Source: Ignavibacteria bacterium RIFOXYC2_FULL_35_21 (lineage in GTDB: Bacteria > Bacteroidota > Ignavibacteria > Kapaibacteriales > UBA2268). From it: a DNA stretch of 64,000 bases. The DNA lies in NCBI GenBank assembly GCA_001804705.1, contig MHAY01000010.1:1066-65065 (forward strand), in the 5' to 3' direction. The notes beneath the pieces are model-generated. The model worked only from the letters and a program-made list of their open reading frames with translations. It was not told where the DNA came from and made no database searches. Below are positions 38,118 to 48,161 of the stretch, piece after piece. A program made the position numbers and the translations under genes. Position 1 is the first letter of the stretch, and each line of letters opens with the position of its first letter.

Positions 38118-40496
38118 ATGAAAAAGAATTTTTTGTTTGTCACGCTACTGCTATCAATAGCTGCTATTGATTTATGTGCACAGGTTCAACCTTATTATAT
38201 CAACAATAGAGGCGATACGGTTTATTATGATTACCCCCCCCCCGACTCGACTTACATTCATAATGAATTAATTATCAAATTCAAGCCTGAAAGTTTAAAT
38301 CTTAACTTGCTATGTTTTAATTATCCTATCTCAGATTCAGAATTATCTATTATAATGGCACAGCGATTTTATGTTGATGATCTTATCGCAGATACAACTT
38401 TATTATCTGATATTAAATCATTCGGTGGAGATACTTTAAGAAGAATAACTTATGCTAATCCATGTTCAGACACTTTATCAATAACAAGACATGGAGATAC
38501 ATTATTAATAAATGATTATCTGTGGATGACTCTTCATATTAATAATGATACAAGTGTAATCATTGGAAAAGCCATATTGGACAGTGCCTATTTTGATAAA
38601 ATCGAAATGACAGAACCAAATTATATATATAATGAATATGATATAGATGTCACTGATCCCTATTTTTTTGAACAAAAAAGCTTACAAATTAATTTGATTC
38701 ATGTACAAAGAGCATGGGATTATACAATGAGTAATTGGGGAATTAGAGTCGGCATAATAGATGATGGTATTTTCTACTGTCATGAGGATTTTGGCTCTGG
38801 TTACGGTGATAATTATAAAGTTGCAGGTGGCTGGAATTTCGTTGAAAATATTAAGGATATTAGTTTTGATGCAACCCATGGTACTCCAGTTGCCGGAATC
38901 ATAGGAGCTATAACTGATAATGAAAAAGGCGTTGCAGGAATAGCAGGAGGATGGGATCCATATAACATAGGATGTAGATTATACGGTTATAGAGTTCACC
39001 TAACAACCGAAAGTATTGTTGCAGCAATAAGAAGAGCAAGTTCTGGTGCAATTTTCTATACTGTACCTGATCCAAATGGAATACACAAGATTGTATCTTT
39101 TGGTGATTCAGTTCATATTATTAATATTTCACTTGGCGGACCATATTCCCAAATTTTAGAAGCTGCTGTTAATTATGCTTACGAACATGGAGTATCATTG
39201 GTAGCAGCAAGAGGAAATGAAGGAATAGAGCAAGATTATATGGGATGGAGATGTATTTATTACCCTGCATGTTTTGAAAATGAATGGGTTACAAGTGTAG
39301 GAGCAGGTAACCATGATAAAATTAGAACGGAATACTCTAATCACGGTAATGGAATGGATTTAATAGCCCCTGGTGGCTATTGTAGTGATTGGGTAAAAGA
39401 ACATTTTCCTCAGTCAATTATAATAAAAACAACATTATCTTTTTGGGAAAGAGGTAGATTTGATGATTATGATTGCTTTGCTGGAACGTCAGCATCTTCT
39501 CCTCATGTTGCAGGAGTTATAGCATTATTACGATCTTATGCTATAGAATATCAATGGCTAGGTGCAATTGAACCAGTTGATTTTGAAGGAATTATAAAGG
39601 CATCTTGTTTGCAAAATCCTTATTATGGTGAATTTTATGAAGAAGAAACAGGTTGGGGGCATTTACAAGCAGATAATTTGTTTAATATGATTGCAGATGG
39701 TTATATTATGACCCTAATTCATGATGAAAATCCAAATTATATGAACTATGGAGATTGGAGTAATTGGGAATGGAGAGCTTTTATAAAAGATGCTGATTTA
39801 AAAAATTTCCCTAAACCTTTAAGAACTGGTTTTTATTATGTAAGGCATAGGGATATTACTTCAACAATACATTTACCTGAAAATGTTTGGACAATTGATA
39901 ATGATCATAATCTATATGTTTGGGGGAGAAAAGAGTTTGGTTTAAATAGTGGTTGGAGTATTTTAGGTCCATATAATTATCAAACAAGATATACTCAGGT
40001 TACTTCAGGTACCGGTGGAAATGGATTAGTTGATGGTATTATTCATAATCATAGTCTTGATGTTTCTGTCCGAAATTATCAATATGATGTTTTTTGGTTT
40101 AATCCTCGAACATGGGAACTAATTTATATGGGTCATTATCCTCCCTATAATCAATTAGGTTTTAATATAGGTGTTTTCGGGAAACAAGGACCAAATAATA
40201 AAAAATCATCAGTTGAAAAGCAATCAAATAAAAATTCTTATTTATATTCTTCCATTTCTCCAAATCCAGTCAAAGATAAAACAAAAATATTTTTTACATT
40301 GTCAAAATCAACTTTTGTTAGTATTGATATTTATGATATATTTGGTAATAATATTTATAAATCATATCCAATGTTTTTAAATACCGGCTCATTTTCCAAA
40401 GAAATTGATTTAAGTACAATTGATAACGGAATATATTTTTGCAAAATATCCCAGGGTGAATTAATTAAAACTATAAAAATTATAAAAATTAAATAA
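38118..40496 (+). CDS. T9SS-sorted subtilisin-like S8 serine protease
   Basis: IIDDG, HGTPVAG and GTSASSPHVAG triad; signal peptide and prodomain; SPNP...GIYF...KIIKIK CTD. Confidence 0.92.
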   Translation: MKKNFLFVTLLLSIAAIDLCAQVQPYYINNRGDTVYYDYPPPDSTYIHNELIIKFKPESLNLNLLCFNYPISDSELSIIMAQRFYVDDLIADTTLLSDIKSFGGDTLRRITYANPCSDTLSITRHGDTLLINDYLWMTLHINNDTSVIIGKAILDSAYFDKIEMTEPNYIYNEYDIDVTDPYFFEQKSLQINLIHVQRAWDYTMSNWGIRVGIIDDGIFYCHEDFGSGYGDNYKVAGGWNFVENIKDISFDATHGTPVAGIIGAITDNEKGVAGIAGGWDPYNIGCRLYGYRVHLTTESIVAAIRRASSGAIFYTVPDPNGIHKIVSFGDSVHIINISLGGPYSQILEAAVNYAYEHGVSLVAARGNEGIEQDYMGWRCIYYPACFENEWVTSVGAGNHDKIRTEYSNHGNGMDLIAPGGYCSDWVKEHFPQSIIIKTTLSFWERGRFDDYDCFAGTSASSPHVAGVIALLRSYAIEYQWLGAIEPVDFEGIIKASCLQNPYYGEFYEEETGWGHLQADNLFNMIADGYIMTLIHDENPNYMNYGDWSNWEWRAFIKDADLKNFPKPLRTGFYYVRHRDITSTIHLPENVWTIDNDHNLYVWGRKEFGLNSGWSILGPYNYQTRYTQVTSGTGGNGLVDGIIHNHSLDVSVRNYQYDVFWFNPRTWELIYMGHYPPYNQLGFNIGVFGKQGPNNKKSSVEKQSNKNSYLYSSISPNPVKDKTKIFFTLSKSTFVSIDIYDIFGNNIYKSYPMFLNTGSFSKEIDLSTIDNGIYFCKISQGELIKTIKIIKIK

Positions 40497-40509
40497 TAGG
40501 AGAGTATTT

Positions 40510-41601
40510 ATGAAATCAATTATAATATTAATTTCAATTTTAATTTCTGTTATATTGATAGGATGTAATAATGGTATTGAGCCAAATTCAGATTGTAATT
40601 TTCCCTTGGATACTGGTTGGCAAAATCCACCTAATCCAATTCCTTTTCATGGGTTTCAAAAGTTATCAACTGATGGTGAAAAATTATCATTTATATTAAA
40701 TGAATCTGTATTAGGAATTTTATTTTTAAGAACGGGAAAAGTTATTCATATTAATATTTCCGACAAGTTACCACAAAATATGTATTGTACTGCTATTTAT
40801 AATGCAGAATGGTGCCCTTATAATAGTAATAGATTGCTTATTTCTGCTGTTACATATACCGATACTGTTGGTGATGGTAAAAATTGGATTTGGGGTGTAA
40901 ATTTATATATTATTTCGTTAGATGGAAATGAATTTAATAAAATCACACCTTTACAATTTCCAAAATCCGGAGGTGATTTATTTTCCAATATAATATGGTT
41001 AAAAGAATCTTCTACAAATAATGATTTTATATCCGGCTTTTTCAGTTCAACAAATAAAAATTATATTGGAAATAAAATTATTAAGGGTATATATGTTCCT
41101 CAATCAGATGAATTTATATTACCAAATCCATATCATGCATTAATAAGGGAATCAAAAGTAGGATATCATTATAGCTATGATGATTATTACACACCTACTG
41201 AATTTCCTAATAAAATTTATATAAATGACAATGAAATTTCTATTTTTGAAAAGGAAAAGATTTTACGTTTAACATATGCAAGTTGGTCTCCTAATTCAAA
41301 GTTATTTGCATTAACTATTGCGCACAAACGACCTGATTCTATTGATTTAAATAAACAAGGTTTTCAAGAAATCTGGATTTTTGATTATGAAAAATATTTA
41401 AATGAAAAACCTGAATTAATTCCTTATAAAAAAATAAATCTTATAGAACAATTTTGTATGTACGGTTATGGAATTTATGCTGAATTTATTACTGATTCAA
41501 CACTAGTTGTTTCAATGGGAGGTCCTAAAGCTGATTTCTTTTATCTTTATGAAATCACAACTGATGGAAAATTAGTAAGGCAGTTGACTTTTGAGCCGTA
41601 A
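40510..41601 (+). CDS. Hypothetical lipoprotein, probable TolB-like beta-propeller
   Basis: Lipobox LIGC; SWSPNSK, STDGEK and DGKLVRQLT motifs; AGGAG RBS 13 bp after the S8 stop. Confidence 0.7.
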   Translation: MKSIIILISILISVILIGCNNGIEPNSDCNFPLDTGWQNPPNPIPFHGFQKLSTDGEKLSFILNESVLGILFLRTGKVIHINISDKLPQNMYCTAIYNAEWCPYNSNRLLISAVTYTDTVGDGKNWIWGVNLYIISLDGNEFNKITPLQFPKSGGDLFSNIIWLKESSTNNDFISGFFSSTNKNYIGNKIIKGIYVPQSDEFILPNPYHALIRESKVGYHYSYDDYYTPTEFPNKIYINDNEISIFEKEKILRLTYASWSPNSKLFALTIAHKRPDSIDLNKQGFQEIWIFDYEKYLNEKPELIPYKKINLIEQFCMYGYGIYAEFITDSTLVVSMGGPKADFFYLYEITTDGKLVRQLTFEP

Positions 41602-41665
41602 TATTTTATTATAAAATTATTTAGTCAAAAATGAAATTAGTCAATTAAATTGATTAATTTCTTTA

Positions 41666-42649
41666 TTACAACCTTTCCGCAACTCTCATTTTTGCACTCC
41701 TTGCCCTTGGATTCGAGAGCAGTTCCTGCTCCGTAGGAATAACAGGTTTTTTTGTTAAGATTTTTAAAACTGGCATTGAGTTTGCTATTTTATTATCTGT
41801 TCGTTCTTTCGAATAATCTTTAAAGAAGGTTTTAACTATTCGGTCTTCGAGGGAGTGGTAGGAAATAATAACAAGCCTGCCACCGGCAGAGAGGATGTTC
41901 ACAGAATCTTTCATGGTTTTTTCGAGCGTGTCAAGTTCATTATTAACAGCTATCCTAAGAGCCTGAAATACCCTTGAAAGAGATTTATTGCGGATGTGAT
42001 AGGGTACTGATTGTTCAACAAGAGCCCGAAGGCCGAAAGTTGTGCTTATAGGGTGGGCAGTGCGGCGAGTTTCAATAATCCGCCGTGCTATAATACGTGA
42101 AAAAGGTTCTTCGCCCAAAAGGCGAAGAACCCTTTCCAGTTCTTCCTCAGTTGCGGCATGCAAAATATCTGCTGCCGATTTTCCATGCGAACCGAATCTC
42201 ATGTCAAGATTGGAATTTGTGCGGTAACTGAAACCGCGGCAGCTATTGTCGAGCTGCCGCGATGATACACCGAGATCGAGCAGGAAGCCGTTGATGTTCC
42301 CCCTCATACCTTCTATGCTGCACGCCTTGTCGTAAGGCTCGTTGTGGATGACAAGTCTGCTGTCGCTGCCCTTTGAGAGTTCCCCCCAGAACTTTTTTTG
42401 GCAGTGGACGGCAGCCTCCTCGTCAATATCAAAAGAATGAATTCTTCCTCTTTCACTCAGTCTGTTGAGTATTTCTTCAGTATGGCCGCCACCGCCTAAT
42501 GTCCCGTCAATATAGACACCATCAGGGTTGGTTACCAGAAAATCAATACTCTCTTTTAAAAGAACGGGCAGATGATAATCGAATTCAACTGCAAAAGCTT
42601 TATTTATCTTGTGATATCTTTTACTTTTTTTTTTCTTCTTCTTTTTCAT
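41666..42649 (-). CDS. rsmH: 16S rRNA m4C1402 methyltransferase
   Basis: HLPVLL, DGTLGGGGH, DLGVSS, FQALRIAVNNEL, SYHSLEDRIVK and NPRARSAK motifs. Confidence 0.96.
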   Translation of the reverse strand: MKKKKKKKSKRYHKINKAFAVEFDYHLPVLLKESIDFLVTNPDGVYIDGTLGGGGHTEEILNRLSERGRIHSFDIDEEAAVHCQKKFWGELSKGSDSRLVIHNEPYDKACSIEGMRGNINGFLLDLGVSSRQLDNSCRGFSYRTNSNLDMRFGSHGKSAADILHAATEEELERVLRLLGEEPFSRIIARRIIETRRTAHPISTTFGLRALVEQSVPYHIRNKSLSRVFQALRIAVNNELDTLEKTMKDSVNILSAGGRLVIISYHSLEDRIVKTFFKDYSKERTDNKIANSMPVLKILTKKPVIPTEQELLSNPRARSAKMRVAERL

Positions 42650-43095
42650 TGCCTTTTGGACATCACTTTAGCGGCAATAACCTCAAATGATTCTCCACTT
42701 CCATCAATGTATTTGTCAAAGACATCGGGATTCCATATTTCGATGTGGTCTCCAACGCCAATGATTACTACTCTATTATCAATTTCGGCATATTCCATTA
42801 GCTTTTTCGGGAGCATAATCCTTTGCTGCCCGTCGAGGTCAACCTCTTCGCTCCACATTAAAAGTTTACGGAGAAAATACCTGCTTTCAGGCTCATACTG
42901 GTCAAGTTCTTCAAACCTGGCTTCTTTGAATTTCCATATATCAGCAGGATAAACTTCAATGCATTTGTCCAAGCCGCGGATGACAGTAAATGTATCATTG
43001 GCTTCGGGTGATACGATCTTCCTCATTTTGGAGGGAAGATTAACCCTGCCTTTACTGTCCACAGAATGTATTTCTTTACCCTTGAAAAAAGCCAT
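42646..43095 (-). CDS. mraZ: Transcriptional repressor MraZ
   Basis: DSKGR and DGQQR SpoVT-AbrB repeats, GVGDHIEIW; ATGA overlap with rsmH. Confidence 0.96.
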   Translation of the reverse strand: MAFFKGKEIHSVDSKGRVNLPSKMRKIVSPEANDTFTVIRGLDKCIEVYPADIWKFKEARFEELDQYEPESRYFLRKLLMWSEEVDLDGQQRIMLPKKLMEYAEIDNRVVIIGVGDHIEIWNPDVFDKYIDGSGESFEVIAAKVMSKRQ

Positions 43096-43142
43096 ATTTT
43101 ATATTATTTTAAGACCTACTTATATTAAAAATGAAAAGATTA

Positions 43143-43178
43143 AACTACTTTTCCCACTTTCTCCCACTTTCACACACA
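43143..43178 (-). promoter_or_regulatory. MraZ-binding direct repeats
   Basis: Minus strand TGTGTG-AA-AGTGGG-AGAA-AGTGGG-AAA-AGTAG, about 10-bp periodic GTGGG boxes upstream of mraZ as described for MraZ operators. Confidence 0.75.
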
Positions 43179-43350
43179 CAAATAAAGTAAATTTCAATGA
43201 ATAAGTCAACAGTTTTTTTTCCACTATAGCAAAATAATTTGAAAATATTACATAAGTATTATATTAACAATGGATTAGATATAATTAAAAAATTGAAAAA
43301 CAATAATTTGATTTGTAGTTGGGACAGATGTGGAGACCGATGTTGTGCAT

Positions 43351-43383
43351 ATGTAGAGACAGATCTAAGATCTGTCTCTACAT
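43351..43383. repeat. Perfect GTAG-type REP-like palindrome
   Basis: ATGTAGAGACAGATCT-A-AGATCTGTCTCTACAT with 16-bp arms. Confidence 0.8.
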
Positions 43384-43493
43384 TTATACATACTATCATA
43401 AATCTGACAACTTTTATAATTAGCAGAAAAATATTAATTTGATAATTGTTGAACCAGCACTTATCATAAGGGTTATAATAGAAAGGTGGAGGA

Positions 43494-44762
43494 TTGGAAA
43501 GGATTATACTTTTACTAATTATTTTAAATTTAGTCTCTATTAACTTATTGCATTCAAAATGGACGAATGCCCGTGACCCGGGAGTTTTTGAAGATTTGTA
43601 TGCTTTGAAATTTGTAGATAAAGACACAGGTTTTGCAGCAGGATGGTCAAGATATGGTACAATATTGAAGACCACAAATGGTGGAGAAGATTGGGTAAAG
43701 AGGGATTCACTACCCTACCAAATTTTTTCATTGAATACACTCGACGGAGTAAGAATTTATGCGGCAGGTTCTTCATTAATAAATGAATGTGGACTACTTC
43801 TATTAAGCACCGACCAGGGAAAAAACTGGATACCGGATTTGTTCGATGGGAAAGACAGACCTTATTCTTATGGATTTTATACGATTGAATTACTTAACAG
43901 CCAGACTTATCTTATGTCAGGTTTAAATGGCATCATTGTAAAAACAACTAATGGCGGTGTGAAATGGGATACGGTACATACGGGAGTAAATAATGAAGTT
44001 TTTACCATTATGGACTTTGTAGATGAGAACATAGGTTATGCTGCATCGGGTGCAGAATCCGATTATGAAAATATTAATAAAATTTATAAAACAACGGACG
44101 GCGGTAATAATTGGTTTGTAATTAAAGAAAGAGACTCATTACTAAGAATAGGAACAATAGAATTCGTTAATGCAGATGTAGGTTATTTATTCGGAAAATT
44201 GAATTCGAGGGCAGTTGTCCTAAAAACTGTTGACGGGGGACAAAACTGGTTAACAAATTATAATGGAAGAGATAATTATATGCTGGCAGCAGCAGATATA
44301 GTAAACGAAAATTTTATTTTAACTGCCGGAGAAAAGAATTATGTAATTAGAACAACAGACGGAGGGCAAACCTGGGTTGAAGAAAATACAGGCGGCGTAG
44401 GTGAAGGTTATATATCTGTTGATTGTGTTGATGAATATTACGGATATATAGGCGCAACAAGAGGATTGATAATGAAATACGATTTGTTTCTTGATGTTGA
44501 AGAAAATGCTTATGATATGACCGATGTGAAACTTTATCCGAATCCTATAGATGATATTGGATTTATTCAACTGGATGAAACAAATTTTCAAAGTTATCAA
44601 TTAAAAATCTTTGATGTTATCGGATATGATGCTCTAACACTTTCAGGTATAACTGGAAACAAGATAGAGCTTAATCTTAGAAACCTCAAACCTGGAATAT
44701 ACTTTTATTCATTAATTTTAGACAACAAAAAAACAATTACAGGTAAGTTAATCAAGTTATAA
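43494..44762 (+). CDS. T9SS-sorted YCF48/BNR-repeat beta-propeller protein
   Basis: Repeated KTTxGGxxW Asp-boxes; LYPNP...GIYFYSL...GKLIKL CTD. Confidence 0.88.
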   Translation: MERIILLLIILNLVSINLLHSKWTNARDPGVFEDLYALKFVDKDTGFAAGWSRYGTILKTTNGGEDWVKRDSLPYQIFSLNTLDGVRIYAAGSSLINECGLLLLSTDQGKNWIPDLFDGKDRPYSYGFYTIELLNSQTYLMSGLNGIIVKTTNGGVKWDTVHTGVNNEVFTIMDFVDENIGYAASGAESDYENINKIYKTTDGGNNWFVIKERDSLLRIGTIEFVNADVGYLFGKLNSRAVVLKTVDGGQNWLTNYNGRDNYMLAAADIVNENFILTAGEKNYVIRTTDGGQTWVEENTGGVGEGYISVDCVDEYYGYIGATRGLIMKYDLFLDVEENAYDMTDVKLYPNPIDDIGFIQLDETNFQSYQLKIFDVIGYDALTLSGITGNKIELNLRNLKPGIYFYSLILDNKKTITGKLIKL

Positions 44763-44773
44763 CGAGGTGAAAA

Positions 44774-45337
44774 ATGTCACTTGGACCAAAACAAATGGAA
44801 GAAGCAATATTCAGAAATCTTCATAAAAATACAGGCAAAACATTAGAAGAATGGATAAAAAATCTTGAAAAATCTAAAGTCAAGGGAATCAAAGAACAAA
44901 TTGCATGGCTTAAAACCCAGGGCTTAGGAACTAACCAGGCGACTTTCATTGTTTTTAAAGTCAATAAGGTCGAAAATATATATGAAGACGGCGATAAGCT
45001 TGTTGATGAATTGTTTTCGGGAGATTTTAAGAAATACAGAAAGGATTATGATAAACTCATATCAAAGGTAAAGAAACTTGGAAATGATGTCAGTGTCAGA
45101 CCCTGTAAAACATATATACCATTATACCGGAATAAACAATTCGTTACAATCAAGCCCATCAAGAAGGGCCTGGCATTAGGACTGGCTTTAAAAACAGAAC
45201 CAAAAAGCAGAAGAATTGTTCCATCAGCAAAAAACATCGGCTCAGAACGAATTAAATATATGATTGTCATTAATAATTCAAATGAAATTGATGATGAATT
45301 AATTAAAATTATCGGAGAATCGTATAAAGAGAATTAA
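44774..45337 (+). CDS. DUF4287/DUF5655 domain protein
   Basis: NLHKNTGKTLEEW and LKTQGLG motifs; C-terminal KTYIP...IDDEL. Confidence 0.75.
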   Translation: MSLGPKQMEEAIFRNLHKNTGKTLEEWIKNLEKSKVKGIKEQIAWLKTQGLGTNQATFIVFKVNKVENIYEDGDKLVDELFSGDFKKYRKDYDKLISKVKKLGNDVSVRPCKTYIPLYRNKQFVTIKPIKKGLALGLALKTEPKSRRIVPSAKNIGSERIKYMIVINNSNEIDDELIKIIGESYKEN

Positions 45338-45523
45338 TGATAATTATATTATATACACAACGGAATATAATGTAAAGATATAATTCCATTTTATCCCACC
45401 TAATAAATGGGTAAAGAAATAGAATTCTGAATTATTTTTAACTAAATAAGAAAATCAAGTTTGTTAATTTTGCAGTTCAGATAAAATATTTGAAACTCAG
45501 ATAAATCTTTGAATGAGGATTGA

Positions 45524-48139
45524 ATGATTATAAATTATTATAAGAGTTTAAGGTTATTTCTAATTGTAATATTCCTTTTATCAGTACAGAACTTATACTG
45601 TGGCTATTCTCCTCTAACGGCAGAAGAAATTTATTCGTTAATTCCCTCACCGACAAGATATGTAGCAAGCCTGTATGGGAAATGGGAATCATCCGTAAAT
45701 GAAAAAGACTGGGTTTCGGTTACTATACCTTATTCAGGAAAAAACAAAGATGCCATCATATATAAAAGGACAATAAGAATAGATGACAGATTGCTTTCAA
45801 AACTTGTATGGCACTTGTATTTCCTCGGCGTTGACGACCAGGTCGAGGTATATTTCAATAATCAGTATATCGGGAAATACTTAAGTACAATGACGCCATT
45901 TTCAATCAGGATTCCTGAAAGAATGCTGACCAATGAAAGCAATACGATTAAGCTTGTTGTACTCCCTGCATCCTCTGCGTCTAAGCAGATGAAAGAACAA
46001 AATATTTATACAAAAAAAATTACCGCCGGAATACCGAGGGAAGTTCTATTAATCGGAACACCGCAAATCTGGGCCAGTCAGATAAAACAAAAAATGAGAC
46101 ACAATGACAATTTTTCTTTTTTCCAGGTATTTGCTGATGTAAATATATCCTCTGCTAATATTCAGAAACTTGGACCTGCATTGCTGAATGATTCCGTTCA
46201 AAAAAAATTCAACATCAAGGGGGATGTTTTAGTTGATGTGGCAATCAAAAGAAAAGAAACAGGTGAAATCATATCAAGAGCATCTTCACAAAGAGTTGAG
46301 ATAGCAAAAGAAAGAACAGTAACATTGAGTTATGGCTTACCAGTCAATAAACCTGTTTTATGGACTCCTTCAAATCCTGAACTTTATGAAATTGAAGTAA
46401 GAATTACGAAGAATGGGCAATTAATTGACCAATACAGCCATGATATTGGATTCAGGAATATTTCAACAGCATTTGTAAACAACAGAGCCGGTATATATCT
46501 TAATGATTCACTTCTCGATATTAAAGGATTAGATTATATCGAAGACTATTATGCAACGGGCAATACAATAACTACTAAGAGAATGGAACGTGATATTCTG
46601 ATGATGAAAACGCTTGGGGCAAATCTGATATGTGTAAAATATGCACTTCCCCACCCTTATTTCCTAAAACTGTGCGACCAATACGGCATGATGGTTATGG
46701 TAGAATTACCCGTTTGCAATGTACCTCATCAACTTGTCGGATTAAATGAAATAAGAGTAAAAATAAAAAATATTACCGACCTTATGCTGACCGAATATTC
46801 CAATCACCCATCAATTATAGCCTGGGGAATTTCCGAGGGTTTATATGATGATGAAAAAGATGTTCGTGATTTTACTGATATGATGACAGGCATAATAAAA
46901 AAATGGTCTTCGAATTTAATCTACAAGACAATGAATTTTGGAGTAGATTCAATATACAGGAATAATATAGATTTTGTCATTTTTAAAGATAATCACGATT
47001 ACAATGACTTTGAAAAAATAAATAATGAGATATTCAGGTTAAAACTTATATCAAAAGATATGCCGTCACTAATTGATTACGGATTGCAGATACAACCATT
47101 TAATCATAATGGATTTTCTGACCCGGCATCTTTAGAATCGCAGGCAAATTATATAAGTAACTTTTACAGGATAATAAAAGCACAGAGGTTTGCCGGTAGT
47201 CTATTCAGGTCCTTCAACGATTATGAGTTAAATCATCCGTTACTGATTCTGAACAATAATAATTTATTTGTTGGAACCAACGGACTGGTTGACATGAAAA
47301 GACAGGAAAGACTTGCATTTCTCACATTGCAGTCATTGTTTAATAACGAGAAAGAACCATTACTGAACGCAGGCAGTTATAACGAAAAGAACCCATTATT
47401 TTTTATGTTCCTGAGCCTGTTTCTCGTTGGTGTATTAATTTTTCTTATCAAAAGATTCCGCAGATTCAGAGAATATGTGTCAAGGTCTTTTCTAAGGCCC
47501 TTCAATTTCTATGCAGACATCAGAGACCAGAGAATAATGTCATCGGTACAGACTTTTATACTTGGATTTGTGTTATCAATTACACTTGCTATTTTTTTAG
47601 TTACAATACTCTATTATTACAAGACAAACGATAAAGCAGAGTACTTGTTAATGCTTCTTATTCCATCCAATGGCTTATTGGAGATAATTTTCCGCGGTAT
47701 TTGGATGCCTGAAATTTTGACTCTGATTCTTTCACTGATTTTTTTCGGATTTATCTTTTTAATAGCGGGCATCATAAAGTTATTTTCCTTAATAGTAAAG
47801 GGGAGAATTTATTACAGTGATACATATACGATAACAATATGGTCGGGTGTACCGATACTTGCTTTACTGCCTCCGGATATAATATTAAGCAGGCTGTTAT
47901 TTTTAACACCGGTGATTACATGGATAATTTTAGTATTGGCAGTGATTTTAATAATATGGGTGTTGCTGAGAACACTTAAAGCAACAGCCATCGTATTTGA
48001 TATACCCATATATAGGTCTTATATAATTGGAATTGGTATAACAGGCATTGCAGGAGCCGCTTTTTTTGCTATTTATCAATATCAATATTCATTTATATCA
48101 TATATTATGTATTTTTTTAGATTAATAGTAAACAGTTGA
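45524..48139 (+). CDS. GH2-like (beta-galactosidase fold) protein with C-terminal multi-pass membrane domain
   Basis: LYFLGVD, LWTPSNPELY, IGFR and LCDQYGMMV GH2 motifs; about 7 hydrophobic helices at the C-terminus. Confidence 0.8.
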   Translation: MIINYYKSLRLFLIVIFLLSVQNLYCGYSPLTAEEIYSLIPSPTRYVASLYGKWESSVNEKDWVSVTIPYSGKNKDAIIYKRTIRIDDRLLSKLVWHLYFLGVDDQVEVYFNNQYIGKYLSTMTPFSIRIPERMLTNESNTIKLVVLPASSASKQMKEQNIYTKKITAGIPREVLLIGTPQIWASQIKQKMRHNDNFSFFQVFADVNISSANIQKLGPALLNDSVQKKFNIKGDVLVDVAIKRKETGEIISRASSQRVEIAKERTVTLSYGLPVNKPVLWTPSNPELYEIEVRITKNGQLIDQYSHDIGFRNISTAFVNNRAGIYLNDSLLDIKGLDYIEDYYATGNTITTKRMERDILMMKTLGANLICVKYALPHPYFLKLCDQYGMMVMVELPVCNVPHQLVGLNEIRVKIKNITDLMLTEYSNHPSIIAWGISEGLYDDEKDVRDFTDMMTGIIKKWSSNLIYKTMNFGVDSIYRNNIDFVIFKDNHDYNDFEKINNEIFRLKLISKDMPSLIDYGLQIQPFNHNGFSDPASLESQANYISNFYRIIKAQRFAGSLFRSFNDYELNHPLLILNNNNLFVGTNGLVDMKRQERLAFLTLQSLFNNEKEPLLNAGSYNEKNPLFFMFLSLFLVGVLIFLIKRFRRFREYVSRSFLRPFNFYADIRDQRIMSSVQTFILGFVLSITLAIFLVTILYYYKTNDKAEYLLMLLIPSNGLLEIIFRGIWMPEILTLILSLIFFGFIFLIAGIIKLFSLIVKGRIYYSDTYTITIWSGVPILALLPPDIILSRLLFLTPVITWIILVLAVILIIWVLLRTLKATAIVFDIPIYRSYIIGIGITGIAGAAFFAIYQYQYSFISYIMYFFRLIVNS

Positions 48140-48161
48140 TACAAAAATATAAGGAGAGCTA

